Assembly: GCA_964016885.1 (NCBI GenBank)
Contig: OZ024764.1
Coordinates: forward strand, 24,242,001-24,306,000
DNA: 64,000 nt
Origin: Eledone cirrhosa
Lineage: Eukaryota
Direction: 5' to 3'
Position numbers and translations under genes: made by a program. Shown here in pieces: positions 12,568-24,659 of this stretch. Numbering within the stretch: the first letter of the stretch is position 1; every line of letters starts with the position of its first letter. A model generated the notes under the pieces. It saw nothing but the letters and a program-made list of their open reading frames with translations. It was not told the DNA's origin and did no database searches.

Positions 12568-15500
12568 ATGGCTGATATAAGAGTTGGGTGTCTGAATGTA
12601 CGTGGCCTGGGACTGTCTTGGAAACAAGGCAAACTTTTAAACGATCTCAGGTCGCATAGAATGGATGTAATGGCTATTTGCGAGTCCAGGATCAGCAGCG
12701 AGCACCAACTGGCGCCCCTCTTCGACGACTTTGAGATCTTCGCATCTCTCTGTCAACCGGGGGGTGGGGGTGGAGTTGTCGTTCTGCTGCGAAAACACCT
12801 GGGCCTCGCCATACAGAAGGTGCACCTGGACCCGGAGGGTCGACTGGTGGTTTTAGACGTCGGCAGTAGTGAAAGTGGAGCCCTTAGACTAATAGCTGTG
12901 TACGCCCCTTTTTGGGCAGCGCGGCCGGAATACTTCCAACGTCTGGAAACTTTTCTGGGAACGTCCCGCTCCTTGCTTTTAGTGGGGGACTGGAATGGTA
13001 TCCTGGATGCACGTTGGGACTATGTAGGGGCATGTGCCAATAGAGGGGGGTGTAAAAGCCTCAAAAGGTTAATCGGCCGATTTGACCTGGCCGATAGATA
13101 TCGACTAGATTTTCCGACTGTACCACTATGGACGTGGACCAATCGCAGTGGAACATCTAGGTCGTACCTAGATAGGGTCCTAGTTAGAGAGAACGATAGG
13201 GACACATTTAGCTGTCCAAAAATGTTCATGGTTGACTATTCGGATCACAAGTTAGTGACCTGCATAGCCAACCTTGATAGAACCCATAGACAGGGACCCG
13301 GTTACTGGAAGCTGAACTTGTCCTTACCGAGAAGCAAAGCTTACAGTAAACGGATTAGCACGTTAGTTAAGCAGAGTTTGACAGGGGCAATTGTCAACAA
13401 CAGGTGGTGGAGCTCTCTTAAGAGAGCAATTAGAATAGAATCGATAGGTTTTAGTCAGGAATTAGCAAGGGATAGGAACAAGACGGAAAGGGAATTAGTA
13501 GATAGAGTAGAAGAGGCGATTAGGAGTGGCAATGTAGCCGGCGTGCTGGCATCAAGAATGGCCTTAGACCAGTTCTTTGAGGTGAAGCATGAAGGCTGCG
13601 TTGTCAGGAGTAAAATACGTGCTCTGGGTAATGAGGGAGCCAAAGCTGTAAGCTGGGCCCGAGTGACAGAGGCAAAAAGTGGGAACAAGTCCACGATTCG
13701 GTCTTTGAAGGACCAGGATGGGCGTGTGATCCTTGAACCTGGGCAGATGTGTGCGGCCTTTCAGCGGCACTTTGCACGACTGTTCGAGAGGAGCGGCGCG
13801 CCGGGTGAGACTATGGATTTCAATCCATACCTCGACGGTTTGCCGCGCCTCTCGGACGCGGAGGCGAAGTCCTGCGAAAGGACGATTTCAGCTGCTGAGA
13901 TAGGGGCGGCGCTGAGCCAATGCGGCAAACGCAAATCCCCGGGTCTCGATGGTCTACCATACGAGCTATATGTAGCGATGCCGGACTTGTTCTCCGATAT
14001 CCTCGAAGCGGTCTACTGCAACTGGCAGCAGAACGGGAGAATTCCCAGTTCTGTGACCAAGGGCGTAGTTACGCTGGTGAGGAAGGATGAGAACAAGGGG
14101 GATGACATAAGTAACTTCAGGCCCATAACTCTGCTAAATACAGAGTTAAAGATTTTGGCCAAGGTGTTAGCGAAGAGGTTGGCGCTTGTCGTTGGAAACC
14201 TGGTGGGAGAAGCGCAGACATGCGCAATCCCGTCCAGGTCCATTCACGACAATCTCCACCTTATGCGATACATCATAGAGAGGGTAGGGAATGAACCCGG
14301 CTTTGGTGGGGCCCTGATCAACTTGGATCAATCTAAAGCTTTCGATAGGGTTGACCATCGTTACCTGGATGCGGTGCTCGCGGCGGCAGGCTTCGGACCC
14401 GTTTTCAGGGGTTGGATTGCTGCGATGCACAGCAGCAACGTCTGCTCAAGGGTCAAGGTGAACGGCCACCTCTCGGAGCCGTTCCAAATCATGCGATCCA
14501 TCCGACAGGGATGCCCTCTCTCCTCCCTACTGTATGTGCTGGCTCTTGAGCCACTACTGCGGAAGTTGGAGCGGTTGCAGGGCATCCCTTTGGAACCGGG
14601 ATTGCAGAAAGCGGCGTCGGCCTACGCCGATGACGTGACAGTAATGGTGTCGAAAACCTCGCAAATCGGTGAGATCGGCACCTTACTGGAGGAATATGAA
14701 AGGTTTACAGGAGCCAAGCTGAACCGGGACAAGTCCGTCGGTTTGCAACTCGGAACATGGAGAGGCAAACCGATGCCCTCCAACGACGTCGTCGGACGCT
14801 GGACGGAGGGCCCGGTGAAGCTGCTTGGGGTCTGGTTCGGACCAGACCTCCAGGTGGAGAAAAACTGGAACGAGGTAACGGCCAGGGTGTTTGCACTCAC
14901 CCAGAAGTGGGCCCAGTGCAAACTATCCCTGAAAGGTCGAGCGGAGGTGGCGAATACTTATATAGCATCCGTCATCTACTACCGCTTGACCGTCGTGCCT
15001 TGCCCAGTGAAAAGACTCGCCAAAATGGAGTGCGCGCTGTTCCAATTTCTTTGGAACAAGCGGACCCCTTTGGTGAGGAGATCCATCTGCTGTCAACACC
15101 CTTCGAAAGGAGGGCTGGGGATGCCGTGGCTACAGATGCGTAAACACGCATTAAGGCTACGGCACCTCCAGGTATTCCTCACCGGTCAACCGGTGTGGGC
15201 CCCGTTTGTGAGGCGAGCCTTTCCCAGACTCGTCTCGCTCACCGAGCTGCAATCCTGGGTCAAGCAAAGACCGAGAAAAGTGGGCGACTGGCACATTGAA
15301 TGTGCCCAGGCGCTCACGGCCCTCTGGAAAGCGGACCCGGCAATCAGTGGAGACTCCACCTCGACATTCTATAGAGGGTTGGTACGCAGCAGGTGCGACG
15401 ATGCTCTCGGAGAAGCTCTAGGCATGGAGGAAGATGAACTGGCCAGTCTGTTCGGTAGGACGTTTGGCCCTGGACCGATGGACAACTTCCAAAAGTCCCT

Positions 15501-16005
15501 GGCTTGGCAGTGCTACCGAGGGGCTCTACCCGTTCGAGACAAGCTCCACAGGCATGGGAGCCTGGGTAGAGATCCTTTGAATAAGATCTGTCCGAGATGC
15601 GTGCATGATGACGAAACCGTTGCGCACGCATTCGTACACTGCCCAGGCATTGCTGACCTGTGGGGCTATGTGGAACGACTACTGTCGAGGGTGGGACCAA
15701 TCCGGTTGACCACCGAGTCCATTGTCACGATCAAACCGCCTCCCCCTTTCAAAAACGAAGGAGAGGCGGTTTTTCTCTGTGTGGTAGCCATGGCTAAAGA
15801 AGTTGTATGGTGGACGAGGCTGAAAGGGCTGAGGTCAGACACCTTTCTCTCCGGCCAACAACTGGTCCCCTTTTTCAAATACCATTTTAAAAGAAGGATC
15901 AGAATGGAGAGAGAGGTGCTCTACCCCAGCAAGTTTTATGAAAGGTGGGTGAAAGTAGGGAGAATGGCCAGAGTGAATGGGTCTTCTCTCTATATCAGCC
16001 TGTAG
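12568..16005 (+). CDS. Retrotransposon ORF2 (APE endonuclease, reverse transcriptase, C-terminal CCHC)
   Basis: APE motifs LNVRGL, GDWN, YLDRVL, SDH. RT motifs KSPGLDG, FRPITLLN, DQSKAFDRV, RQGCPLS, AYADD. C-terminal CPRC...HAFVHC. 1145 aa, uninterrupted. Confidence 0.95.
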   Translation: MADIRVGCLNVRGLGLSWKQGKLLNDLRSHRMDVMAICESRISSEHQLAPLFDDFEIFASLCQPGGGGGVVVLLRKHLGLAIQKVHLDPEGRLVVLDVGSSESGALRLIAVYAPFWAARPEYFQRLETFLGTSRSLLLVGDWNGILDARWDYVGACANRGGCKSLKRLIGRFDLADRYRLDFPTVPLWTWTNRSGTSRSYLDRVLVRENDRDTFSCPKMFMVDYSDHKLVTCIANLDRTHRQGPGYWKLNLSLPRSKAYSKRISTLVKQSLTGAIVNNRWWSSLKRAIRIESIGFSQELARDRNKTERELVDRVEEAIRSGNVAGVLASRMALDQFFEVKHEGCVVRSKIRALGNEGAKAVSWARVTEAKSGNKSTIRSLKDQDGRVILEPGQMCAAFQRHFARLFERSGAPGETMDFNPYLDGLPRLSDAEAKSCERTISAAEIGAALSQCGKRKSPGLDGLPYELYVAMPDLFSDILEAVYCNWQQNGRIPSSVTKGVVTLVRKDENKGDDISNFRPITLLNTELKILAKVLAKRLALVVGNLVGEAQTCAIPSRSIHDNLHLMRYIIERVGNEPGFGGALINLDQSKAFDRVDHRYLDAVLAAAGFGPVFRGWIAAMHSSNVCSRVKVNGHLSEPFQIMRSIRQGCPLSSLLYVLALEPLLRKLERLQGIPLEPGLQKAASAYADDVTVMVSKTSQIGEIGTLLEEYERFTGAKLNRDKSVGLQLGTWRGKPMPSNDVVGRWTEGPVKLLGVWFGPDLQVEKNWNEVTARVFALTQKWAQCKLSLKGRAEVANTYIASVIYYRLTVVPCPVKRLAKMECALFQFLWNKRTPLVRRSICCQHPSKGGLGMPWLQMRKHALRLRHLQVFLTGQPVWAPFVRRAFPRLVSLTELQSWVKQRPRKVGDWHIECAQALTALWKADPAISGDSTSTFYRGLVRSRCDDALGEALGMEEDELASLFGRTFGPGPMDNFQKSLAWQCYRGALPVRDKLHRHGSLGRDPLNKICPRCVHDDETVAHAFVHCPGIADLWGYVERLLSRVGPIRLTTESIVTIKPPPPFKNEGEAVFLCVVAMAKEVVWWTRLKGLRSDTFLSGQQLVPFFKYHFKRRIRMEREVLYPSKFYERWVKVGRMARVNGSSLYISL

Positions 16006-16689
16006 GTGAAAGAAGAGGAAAAAGAGGAGACGAGGGAAGCACCTACTCTTTGTGCTCCTGAGGAGAAGGGTTACACATTTTTTCCGGGGTGTGTGCGACC
16101 CATGTTAATGCCCCCTCCCTATTGAGGACTTCGTTTGTTGTTGTTATTTCATTGTTATATTTTTGTACTCGTTAATTATATGTAAACTTCCCCCCTTGTA
16201 TCTGTCCCTACCTTTTGTGCCCTAGTGGCAAATAAAGAAACCACTCTATATATACTATTGTATTGTCACAGTAAAGGCTTTACCTCACATAATATCTCAC
16301 ATAATATTTACATTACTCTATATATACTATTGTATTTTCACAGTAAAGGCTTTACCTCACATAACATTTACATTACTCTATATATACTATTGTATTTTCA
16401 CAGTAAAGGCTTTACCTCACATAATATCTCACATAACATTTACATTACTCTATATATACTATTGTATTTTCACAGTAAAGGCTTTACCTCACATAATATC
16501 TCACATAATATTTACATTACTCTATATATACTATTGTATTTTCACAGTAAAGGCTTTACCTCACATAATATCTCACATAACATTTACATTACTCTATATA
16601 TACTATTGTATTGTCACAGTAAAGGCTTTACCTCACATAACATTTACATTACTCCAGTTTCAATGATGGCAACAAAGATGGGTTCTTAC

Positions 16690-16910
16690 TTTATCATGGC
16701 CTGCAATGACTTTACATTCCGGGTAGAGATAGTTGGCAATCTGACATACTGGGTCATCTATCAGGTGCTTATGTTTACAGACATCCTTTGCGACCTGCAT
16801 AGCTAGACCCAGTTTAGTCTTGTGTGTACAGAACACAGTCATCATTCCACTGGGGGTCTGTTCTGATGCCTGCTGCATGCCTTCTGCCCGTACCTTGATC
16901 AGATTTACAG
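16690..16910 (-). CDS. MCAT: MCAT coding exon 3
   Basis: ttcctAG|CT completes Ala, then VNLIKVRAEGMQQASEQTPSGMMTV...CQIANYLYPECKVIAGHDK|GTAAGA. 221 nt, ends in phase 0. Confidence 0.93.
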
Positions 16911-17055
16911 CTAGGAAGACAAGAGGAAGATAAGAGTCCTGTAGTTTGCTCGAAACACTGAGCGTTAAGTATGAGAAAGTATGTAATTCGAAGGCTGTGA
17001 GAGTGCAAAAGATGTGGTATGATTTAACCCTGTACTTAAAAGGAGAGTAAGATTT

Positions 17056-17795
17056 GCTGGCCACTGCCATCGTGCCACCTCTGAGGCTGTGTCACCTCTA
17101 GTGTCACTAATAACAGGGGACACAAGCTCTCCTATCCTGATGTACTGGCTACTGCCATGGTGTCACCTCTGAGGCTGTGTCACCATTAGTGTCACTAATA
17201 ACAGGGGACACAAGCTCTCCTATCCTGATGTACTGGCTACTGCCATGGTGTCACCTCTGAGGCTGTGTCACCATTAGTGTCACTAATAACAGGGGACACA
17301 AGCTCTCCTATCCTGATGTACTGGCTACTGCCATGGTGTCACCTCTGAGGCTGTGTCACCATTAGTGTCACTAATAACAGGGGACACAAGCTCTCCTATC
17401 CTGATGTACTGGCTACTGCCATGGTCTCACCTCTAGTGTCACTAATAACAGGGGACACAAGCTCTCCTATCCTGATGTACTGGCTACTGCCATGGTGTCA
17501 CCTCTGAGGCTGTGTCACCATTAGTGTCACTAATAACAGGGGACACAAGCTCTCCTATCCTGATGTACTGGCTACTGCCATGGTGTCACCTCTGAGGCTG
17601 TGTCACCATTAGTGTCACTAATAACAGGGGACACAAGCTCTCCTATCCTGATGTACTGGCTACTGCCATGGTCTCACCTCTAGTGTCACTAATAACAGGG
17701 GACACAAGCTCTCCTATCCTGATGTACTGGCTACTGCCATGGTCTCACCTCTAGTGTCACTAATAACAGAGGACACAAGCTCTCCTATCCCGATG
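17056..17795. repeat. Minisatellite, 88-bp units with 71-bp deletion variants (~8 copies)
   Basis: GTGTCACTAATAAC recurs at 17101, 17189, 17277, 17365, 17436, 17524, 17612, 17683 and 17754. Confidence 0.9.
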
Positions 17796-17909
17796 TCATC
17801 TCCAGAGATTCTGCTATTGAAATCCAGGACTTGGCAACAGCAATGAACAACAGACCCACGTGGAGATCAATTGTTGAGTCCATTTTGGCTGAGGCCATAG
17901 GATGATGAA

Positions 17910-18621
17910 CCCTTTAGGATTTACATTACTCTATATATACTATTGTATTGTCACAGTAAAGGCTTTACCTCACATAATATCTCACATAACATTTACATTA
18001 CTCTATATATACTATTGTATTTTCACAGTAAAGGCTTTACCTCACATAATATCTCACATAACATTTACATTACTCTATATATACTATTGTATTTTCACAG
18101 TAAAGGCTTTACCTCACATAATATCTCACATAACATTTACATTACTCTATATATACTATTGTATTTTCACAGTAAAGGCTTTACCTCACATAATATCTCA
18201 CATAACATTTACATTACTCTATATATAATATTGTATTTTCACAGTAAAGGCTTTACCTCACATAATATCTCACATAACATTTACATTACTCTATATATAC
18301 TATTGTATTTTCACAGTAAAGGCTTTACCTCACATAATATCTCACATAACATTTACATTACTCTATATATAATATTGTATTGTCACAGTAAAGGCTTTAC
18401 CTCACATAATATCTCACATAACATTTACATTACTCTATATATACTATTGTATTGTCACAGTAAAGGCTTTACCTCACATAATATCGAATCTATGAAATTT
18501 TGATATTATTTATTTTGACAACACTACCTTAACATAAGTATGAGCGGCCAGTTACAGCTGGTTCAAACAGAAAGAGGTGAGAGAATTCTGGCCGGATATG
18601 GCCGGTTTAAATGCTAAAGGG
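17910..18621 (+). mobile_element. piggyBac-like MITE with ~9-10 x 60-bp units
   Basis: tgaa|CCCTTTAGgATTTAC...TAAATGCTAAAGGG|TTAA. Confidence 0.82.
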
Positions 18622-18933
18622 TTAAGTTAAATGAAGGTAACAAAGGTACTGTTTTACCTGTTCTTTATTCAAATACGACCTTAATTTTCAAGATAAATCT
18701 CCCCATCGCACCCCTTGAATTACATATCTTCTTATATGAAGGAAGATATGAAGAAAAAAAAGTATATTTCATGAGAAATATGGCCATGAAAATGTTGGAA
18801 AAAAAAAAAAAATTAAAAACATTTTGGAAAAAACCCAATAAAAGGAGCTCCTCCCCAACAGGATTTGAACCTTTGACCAGTAGGTTAGCCAGGGAATTGT
18901 CGTTTCTATTTTACCATAAATAAAATATCTCAC

Positions 18934-19021
18934 CTTCTTCAAAATCTATAACTCCAGCAAATACCAGGGCAGAAATTTCACCAACGCTAAATCCAGCTGT
19001 TGCTATACACTTTCGGACTGC
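18934..19021 (-). CDS. MCAT: MCAT coding exon 2 (catalytic GFSVG motif); not in the ORF track
   Basis: Hand translation ttttAG|AVRKCIATAGFSVGEISALVFAGVIDFEE g|GTGAGA, 88 nt. Holds the GxSxG nucleophile serine, and its phases fit exons 1 and 3. Confidence 0.93.
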
Positions 19022-19032
19022 CTAAAATATAT

Positions 19033-19075
<43 letters not shown>

Positions 19076-19163
19076 TGCAAAAGTTTTATTTAAAATTGTT
19101 GGGTTACAACAAGTAAATATTTTATAACTGATATAAAGCACTCAACAAGTTTTGGAGTAGATA

Positions 19164-19790
19164 TACGATATTAAACAAATGGAAACTATATTTATAAAAC
19201 CATATTTATTTCATTATACATATTTCGGGGATACCATATTAAAAATATGGCATGCCTTCTTCAGATAAAATACAATATATAAACAGTTTTATAAATAATT
19301 TTGACGTACCATAAATATTGAGCAACCGTTATGTAGGAAGCCGTTTTGGTAGTGAGATGTTTGTAAATATTTAGTGTTAAGCACAGTTAAAAAGAAAGAC
19401 GGAGAAAAAGAAGAAATGTATGTAAAGAAAAATAAAGAGAAATAGAAAGAGATAGGGGAGAGAGAAATAATTTCACCTCCTCACTATTTCTCTCTCCCCT
19501 ATCTCTTTCTATTTCTCTTTATTTTTCTTTACATACATTTCTTCTTTTTCTCCGTCTTTCTTTTTAACTGTGCTTAACACTAAATATTTACAAACATCTC
19601 ACTACCAAAACGGCTTCCTACATAACGGTTGCTCAATATTTATGGTACGTCAAAATTATTTATAAAACTGTTTATATATTGTATTTTATCTGAAGAAGGC
19701 ATACCATATTTTTAATATGGTATCCCCGAAATATGTATAGTGAAATAAATATGGTTTTATAAATATAGTTTCCATTTGTTTAATATCGTA
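19164..19790. repeat. Near-perfect inverted repeat (~305-bp arms, ~16-nt loop)
   Basis: 19164-19469 is the reverse complement of ~19485-19790 with only a few mismatches. Confidence 0.92.
19683..19746 (+). ncRNA. Hammerhead motif with long stem II; mirror copy on the minus strand at 19208-19271
   Basis: ATTTTAT-CTGAAGA-agg-c-ATACCATATT(ttt)AATATGGTAT-cccc-GAAA-TATGTA-TA-(A/G)TGAAAT. Confidence 0.65.
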
Positions 19791-20555
19791 CACATACATA
19801 TATATATATTGTATATTAGCTATACATACATTATATATAACAGAGATATACTTACATACATTATATATACATATATATATTGTATATTAGCTATACATAC
19901 ATCATATATAACAGAGATATACTTACATACATTATACATACATATATATATTGTATATTAGCTATACATACATCATATATAACAGACATACTTACATACA
20001 TTATATATACATATATATATTGTATATTAGCTATACATACATTATATATAACAGAGATATACTTACATACATTATATATACATACATATATTGTATATTA
20101 GCTATACATACATTATATATAACAGAGATATACTTACATACATTATATATACATATATATATTGTATACTAGCTATACATACATTATATATAACAGAGAT
20201 ATACTTACATACATTATATATACATATATATTGTATATTAGCTATACATACATTATATATAACAGAGACATACTTACATACATTATATATACATATATAT
20301 ATTGTATATTAGCTATACATACATTATATATAACAGAGATATACTTACATACATTATATATACATATATATATTGTATATTAGCTATACATACATTATAT
20401 ATAACAGAGATATACTTACATACATTATATATACATACATATATATATTGTATATTAGCTATACATACATTATATATAACAGAGACATACTTACATACAT
20501 ACATCTATATATATTGTATATTAGCTATACATACATCATATATAACAGAGACATC
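19791..20555. repeat. AT-rich ~70-bp minisatellite (~11 copies)
   Basis: TTGTATATTAGCTATACATACATTATATATAACAGAGATATACTTAC recurs throughout. Confidence 0.9.
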
Positions 20556-20605
20556 CATGTAAATACTTTATAAACACCAATCAAAGAGTGTTTAAAACAT
20601 TTAAT

Positions 20606-20651
20606 CACTTACGATTGTTTCATCTCAGCACAAGGCTGGATTCATCAGAGT
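20606..20651 (-). ncRNA. Hammerhead motif; degenerate inverted partner at 21311-21352 (+)
   Basis: Reverse complement reads ACT-CTGATGA-atcCAGC(cttgt)GCTGagat-GAAAC(aatc)GTA-AGT. Confidence 0.6.
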
Positions 20652-21647
20652 AGATAATAAAGGTTAAAACACAAATATAATGTCAGAAGTTTGACAGTCA
20701 AACTTTTTATTAAAATATATTTTGGAGATGTATTTTTATATTTGAACTGCACACCTGCTCTTATCAACTTTATAAATGTTTGTAATGTTTATGGTATGTG
20801 TTTATTTACTAATTATGATATATGTCTTGTACTATAGTTAACTTCTTTATAGCAGCATGTTTCTCTACCCCAGCATGTTTTTAAATTTTTTAATGCCTTT
20901 AGCTGCTCCTAATTCTATTGCATCTATATGCTCATATTTTCATATGCTTCTTCTACCTTTGCTATCTTTTCTTATATAAATGTTTACTGAGTTTACTCAG
21001 CTGTAGAAATGAGATGATAGGAACTGGGGTCCCTATCATTCCACTGCAAAGTGGTCGTGGAGGTGCCACGGCAAAAAAGCACCCAGCACTCACTGTAAAT
21101 GAGGTTGGTGTTAGGAAGGGCATCCAGCTGTAGAAATCAAGCCAGAATCAATTCCCGTCCGACCCTTGCAAGCAGGGAAAAAGCGGACGTAAAATGAAAT
21201 GAATGAAAATGAAATGTTGATACTTACGCTTACTTCCCATATTATGTATCCTCCTAATGTTCTTATGAAAAACTTCTGATATTATATTTGTGTTTTAACC
21301 TTTACTATATACTCTGATGATTCCTGCTTTGTGCTAGGATGAAACAATCGTGATTAAATGTTCTAAACACTCTTTGATTGTTGTTTATAAAGTATTTCAG
21401 CTCTGTAATATACTTGTTATTTTACATTGAGTTATTCTCATACTTGTAATTGGAGAATATTTAATATTACCCACATTATATATATTAATAAAATTATACA
21501 TACATATATATATTGTATATTAGCCATACATACATTATATACACCAAAGAAAGCTCTTCAATGAATAACAGTCTCTCTAATGCTGGTGTCATGAAGATGA
21601 CACCCAGTACACTCTGTCAGGTGTTTGGGGATATATATATATATATA

Positions 21648-22640
21648 TCATCATCATTGTTTAATGCCTCTCTTCCACACTAGCATGGGTTAGACGGGAA
21701 TTGTCTCACTTGTGGCAAGATTGGTCGAGTGACCGTGTCTCACTCATATAGGACTGTCTGGCAGGTTTTCTACAGCTGGATGCCCTTCCTAACACCAACC
21801 ACATTTACAGTGTGGGGCTGGGAGGTTTTTACTGTGTTGCCTACACGGCCACATTACAGCGTGAACTGTGTGTTTTTTTGTCGTGACACCTACACGATCT
21901 CATTTGTTTCGGGCTGGATGTTGTGACACCAACATAACTTTACATTGAAAGGGGTGGTGTGGATGGGGTGGGGGTAGTGGGACGGGGGTGTATTTTGTTA
22001 GAGGTGCCTACTGACTGTAGTAGGTTTCACTTTGTACTTAGGTAAGGCGGGTCTTCTCTATTACTGTGTAGCGCCAAAGCTCTCGGTCCAGTGTTTTTTT
22101 TTGTTGTGACACCTACACGACCTCATTTATTTGGACTGGATGTTGTGGTGCCAACATAGCTCTACAGAGAAAGGGGTGGTGTTGGTGGGAGTGGGAGGAT
22201 GGAGTAGGGGTAGTGGGATGGGGGTGTATATTTGGTTAAGAGGTGCTACTGACTAGGTTTTGCTTTTGTCTGCAAGGGAAGGTGAGTCTTCTGTATTACT
22301 GCATAGCGCCAAAGGTCTCGATCCAGTGACATTGTCTTAGAGAGGTGTAAGGGTGCCAGGTCAGATTTTATCACTTCGTCCCAGCTTTTTCTGGGTCTAC
22401 CTACTCCGTAGCTTCCATCAATTTTATATATATATATATATCCCAATGGAGGTAAGACGTAGTAGAGGAAGACCACGAAAAACATGGGTGGAGGTGGTGA
22501 TAGCAGACCTCAGATCGCTGAAACTCACCGAGGAGAAGACGAAGGACCGTGACAAGTGGAGAGATGCTGTGCTGAATAGGACCCGTCCCACCCTTGCAAG
22601 CAGGGAAAAGCGGACGTAAAATGATGTTGATGATGATCAT
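21648..22640. mobile_element. Cluster of RTE LINE 3'-end fragments (two minus, one plus)
   Basis: GRPRKSW/GRPRKTW...DRDxWR translations, the same 3' UTR as 551-1050, and (GAT)n tails. Confidence 0.75.
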
Positions 22641-22982
22641 CCCCAAAGATATATAAAACGCAGCCAATTCATGCTGTAAATGTGGTTGGCATGAGGAAGG
22701 GCATCCGGCCATAGCAACCAAGCCAGAAACAGTTGTGTAAGAGCAAGAAATGGTCATCTGACACAAAGGGAGGATAACTCATCTTACCCATGTTAGCATG
22801 GAAAATTGACGTTAAATGATATATATACATTGTTATATAAAATAAAAAATAGAAAAATGAACACAAACACACACAGACACCCGGATGTGGCGCATGCGCA
22901 AACTGAGCACGCAACCAACACACAAACAAAATGGCGTAGGATAGAAGAAAGGAAAGGCACAGAAACGAAGAAAGAAATCCCC

Positions 22983-23027
22983 AGTCACTGAAGAGGTCAC
23001 AGAGTGTGTGACGAAAGAACTATGACT
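22983..23027 (+). ncRNA. Minimal type-I hammerhead ribozyme motif
   Basis: AGTCA-CTGAAGA-G-GTCACA(gagtg)TGTGAC-GAAA-GAAC-TA-TGACT. Stem I, core, stem II and short stem III all present; cleavage triplet CUA. Confidence 0.78.
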
Positions 23028-23748
23028 ATATATATATAAACAACTATCTGGTTGTGGAACCAACCAACCAACCAGAAATTTATAAATTTGTAAATTTATA
23101 AATATTTAATAAATTAAATTGAAGTGAAAGCAACTGGTGCGTGTGTTTCTTATTGGCAACATGACCCTCCCAAAGTATAACAATATCGGTTTCAACACAC
23201 GATTTCAGATAAAGAATCTTGCTAAACAAATTCAGAAACGAGATATATATACACATTTATATATATATAAATGATATATATACAAATCATATATATATAT
23301 AAATGATATCATCATCATCATCATCATCATCACTGTTTTACGTCCGTTCTTCCACGCTAGCATGGGTTAGACGGGTTGTCCTGTTGTGGGCAGTGTCTGG
23401 TCGTCTGACCATGCCTTGCTCATACAGGAACTGATCTGGCTTGATTTCTACAGCTGGATGCCCTTCCTAACACCAACCTCATTTACAGTGAGTGCTGGTT
23501 GCTTTTTTTGCCGTGGCGCCTACACGTCCACTTTACAGTGTGGGCTGGGTGCTTTTACATATATATATATATAAATGATATATATACACATATATATATA
23601 AATGATATATATACACATATATATATATATAAGTGATATATATACACATATATATATATAAATGATATATATACACATCATATATATACACATATATATA
23701 TATTTAAAAATGTTCTTCCGTTTCCACCCTGCCCGCCTCCTCATTCTT

Positions 23749-23784
23749 TCTTCTGATGAAGGACTAGCGTCCGAAACGTTAAGA
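23749..23784 (+). ncRNA. Minimal hammerhead motif with palindromic stem III
   Basis: TCTT-CTGATGA-A-GGAC(tagc)GTCC-GAAACGTT-AAGA. Confidence 0.7.
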
Positions 23785-24659
23785 CCCTCTTCCTGCTATA
23801 TCAAGTGTTACCCTAATATATCCCTTCCATATACTGTACCGATTGTGTTGTTATTTCTGTTATTTCTGCTTACCATTTACATACATATATATCACCATCA
23901 TCATCATCACCATCATCGTTTAACGTCCATCTTCCACACTAGCATGGGTTGGACGGTTTCGTTCCATTTGGTGCGGGAATGGTCGGGAGACCGTGTCTCA
24001 CTCGTACGGAAGTGTCTCTGGCAGGTTTCTTACAACTGGATGCCCTTCCTAACACCAACTACTCTTACAGTGTGGACTGTTGTGTCTTCGACACAGTGGA
24101 CGGAACGGGAGAGGGGAGATGGGGTAGGGTTTGTGGGGTGGGGTAGACGTGTGGGGGTGGGCTGTATATTGGGTTAAGAGGTGTCTACTGACTGTATGTT
24201 TGTGTGCAAGGGATGGCAGGTCTTCTGTACAACTGCATAGCACCAAAGATCTCGACCCAGTGACATTGTCCTAGAAAGGTGTAGGTGGGCAAGGTCAGTT
24301 TTTATGACCTTGTGAAATTCCGTTATAACGAAACAAACCGAGTGTTTGTTTATTACCTCAGTGATTAAAAAAAAAAAAAATTTCGTTATAACAGAACTTT
24401 ACCAGTACATATAGATAAGAACATCCAGTGTAAACTAAAGAGGGTCGTGTAGGTGTCACGACAAAAAGGTTCCCAGTCCACACTGTAAATGTGGTTGGTG
24501 TTAGGAAGGGCATCCAGCTGTAGAAAAACCGCCAGATACAGTCCTATATGAGCGGGACACGGTCACCCGACCAACCTTGCCACAAGTGGGACAATTCCAG
24601 TTTAACCCATGCTAGCGTGGAAGATAGACGTTAAATGATGATGATATATACACACACAT

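Larger units (their letters stand above)
10593..16240 (+). mobile_element. Full-length L1/Tx1-clade non-LTR retrotransposon in MCAT intron 3 (antisense to MCAT), inserted in a 60-bp array
   Basis: Two intact ORFs 21 nt apart and a 3' UTR ending in AATAAAGAAA. The 60-bp satellite resumes on both sides. Confidence 0.92.
9131..16654 (+). mobile_element. piggyBac-like MITE 60-bp array split by the Tx1 insertion (right end lost)
   Basis: TTAA|CCCTTTAcCATTTAC start. Array at 9131-10592 resumes at 16243-16654. Confidence 0.8.

Noticed and set aside
10936-15878. Antisense and overlapping ORFs within the Tx1 element
   Set aside because: Shadow ORFs of a coding strand with compositional skew; no motifs.
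8491-17070. ORF-track proteins 8491-9015 and 16660-17070 as separate genes
   Set aside because: They are MCAT exons 4 and 3 with intronic read-through. The splice sites give one continuous frame.
18848-18892. tRNA-like T-arm (GGTTCAAATCC on the minus strand)
   Set aside because: Only a 3' fragment with no complete cloverleaf; probably a SINE or pseudogene remnant.
20690-20985. Possible Penelope GIY-YIG remnant between inverted hammerhead arms
   Set aside because: No recognisable protein motif on reading the reverse strand by eye.
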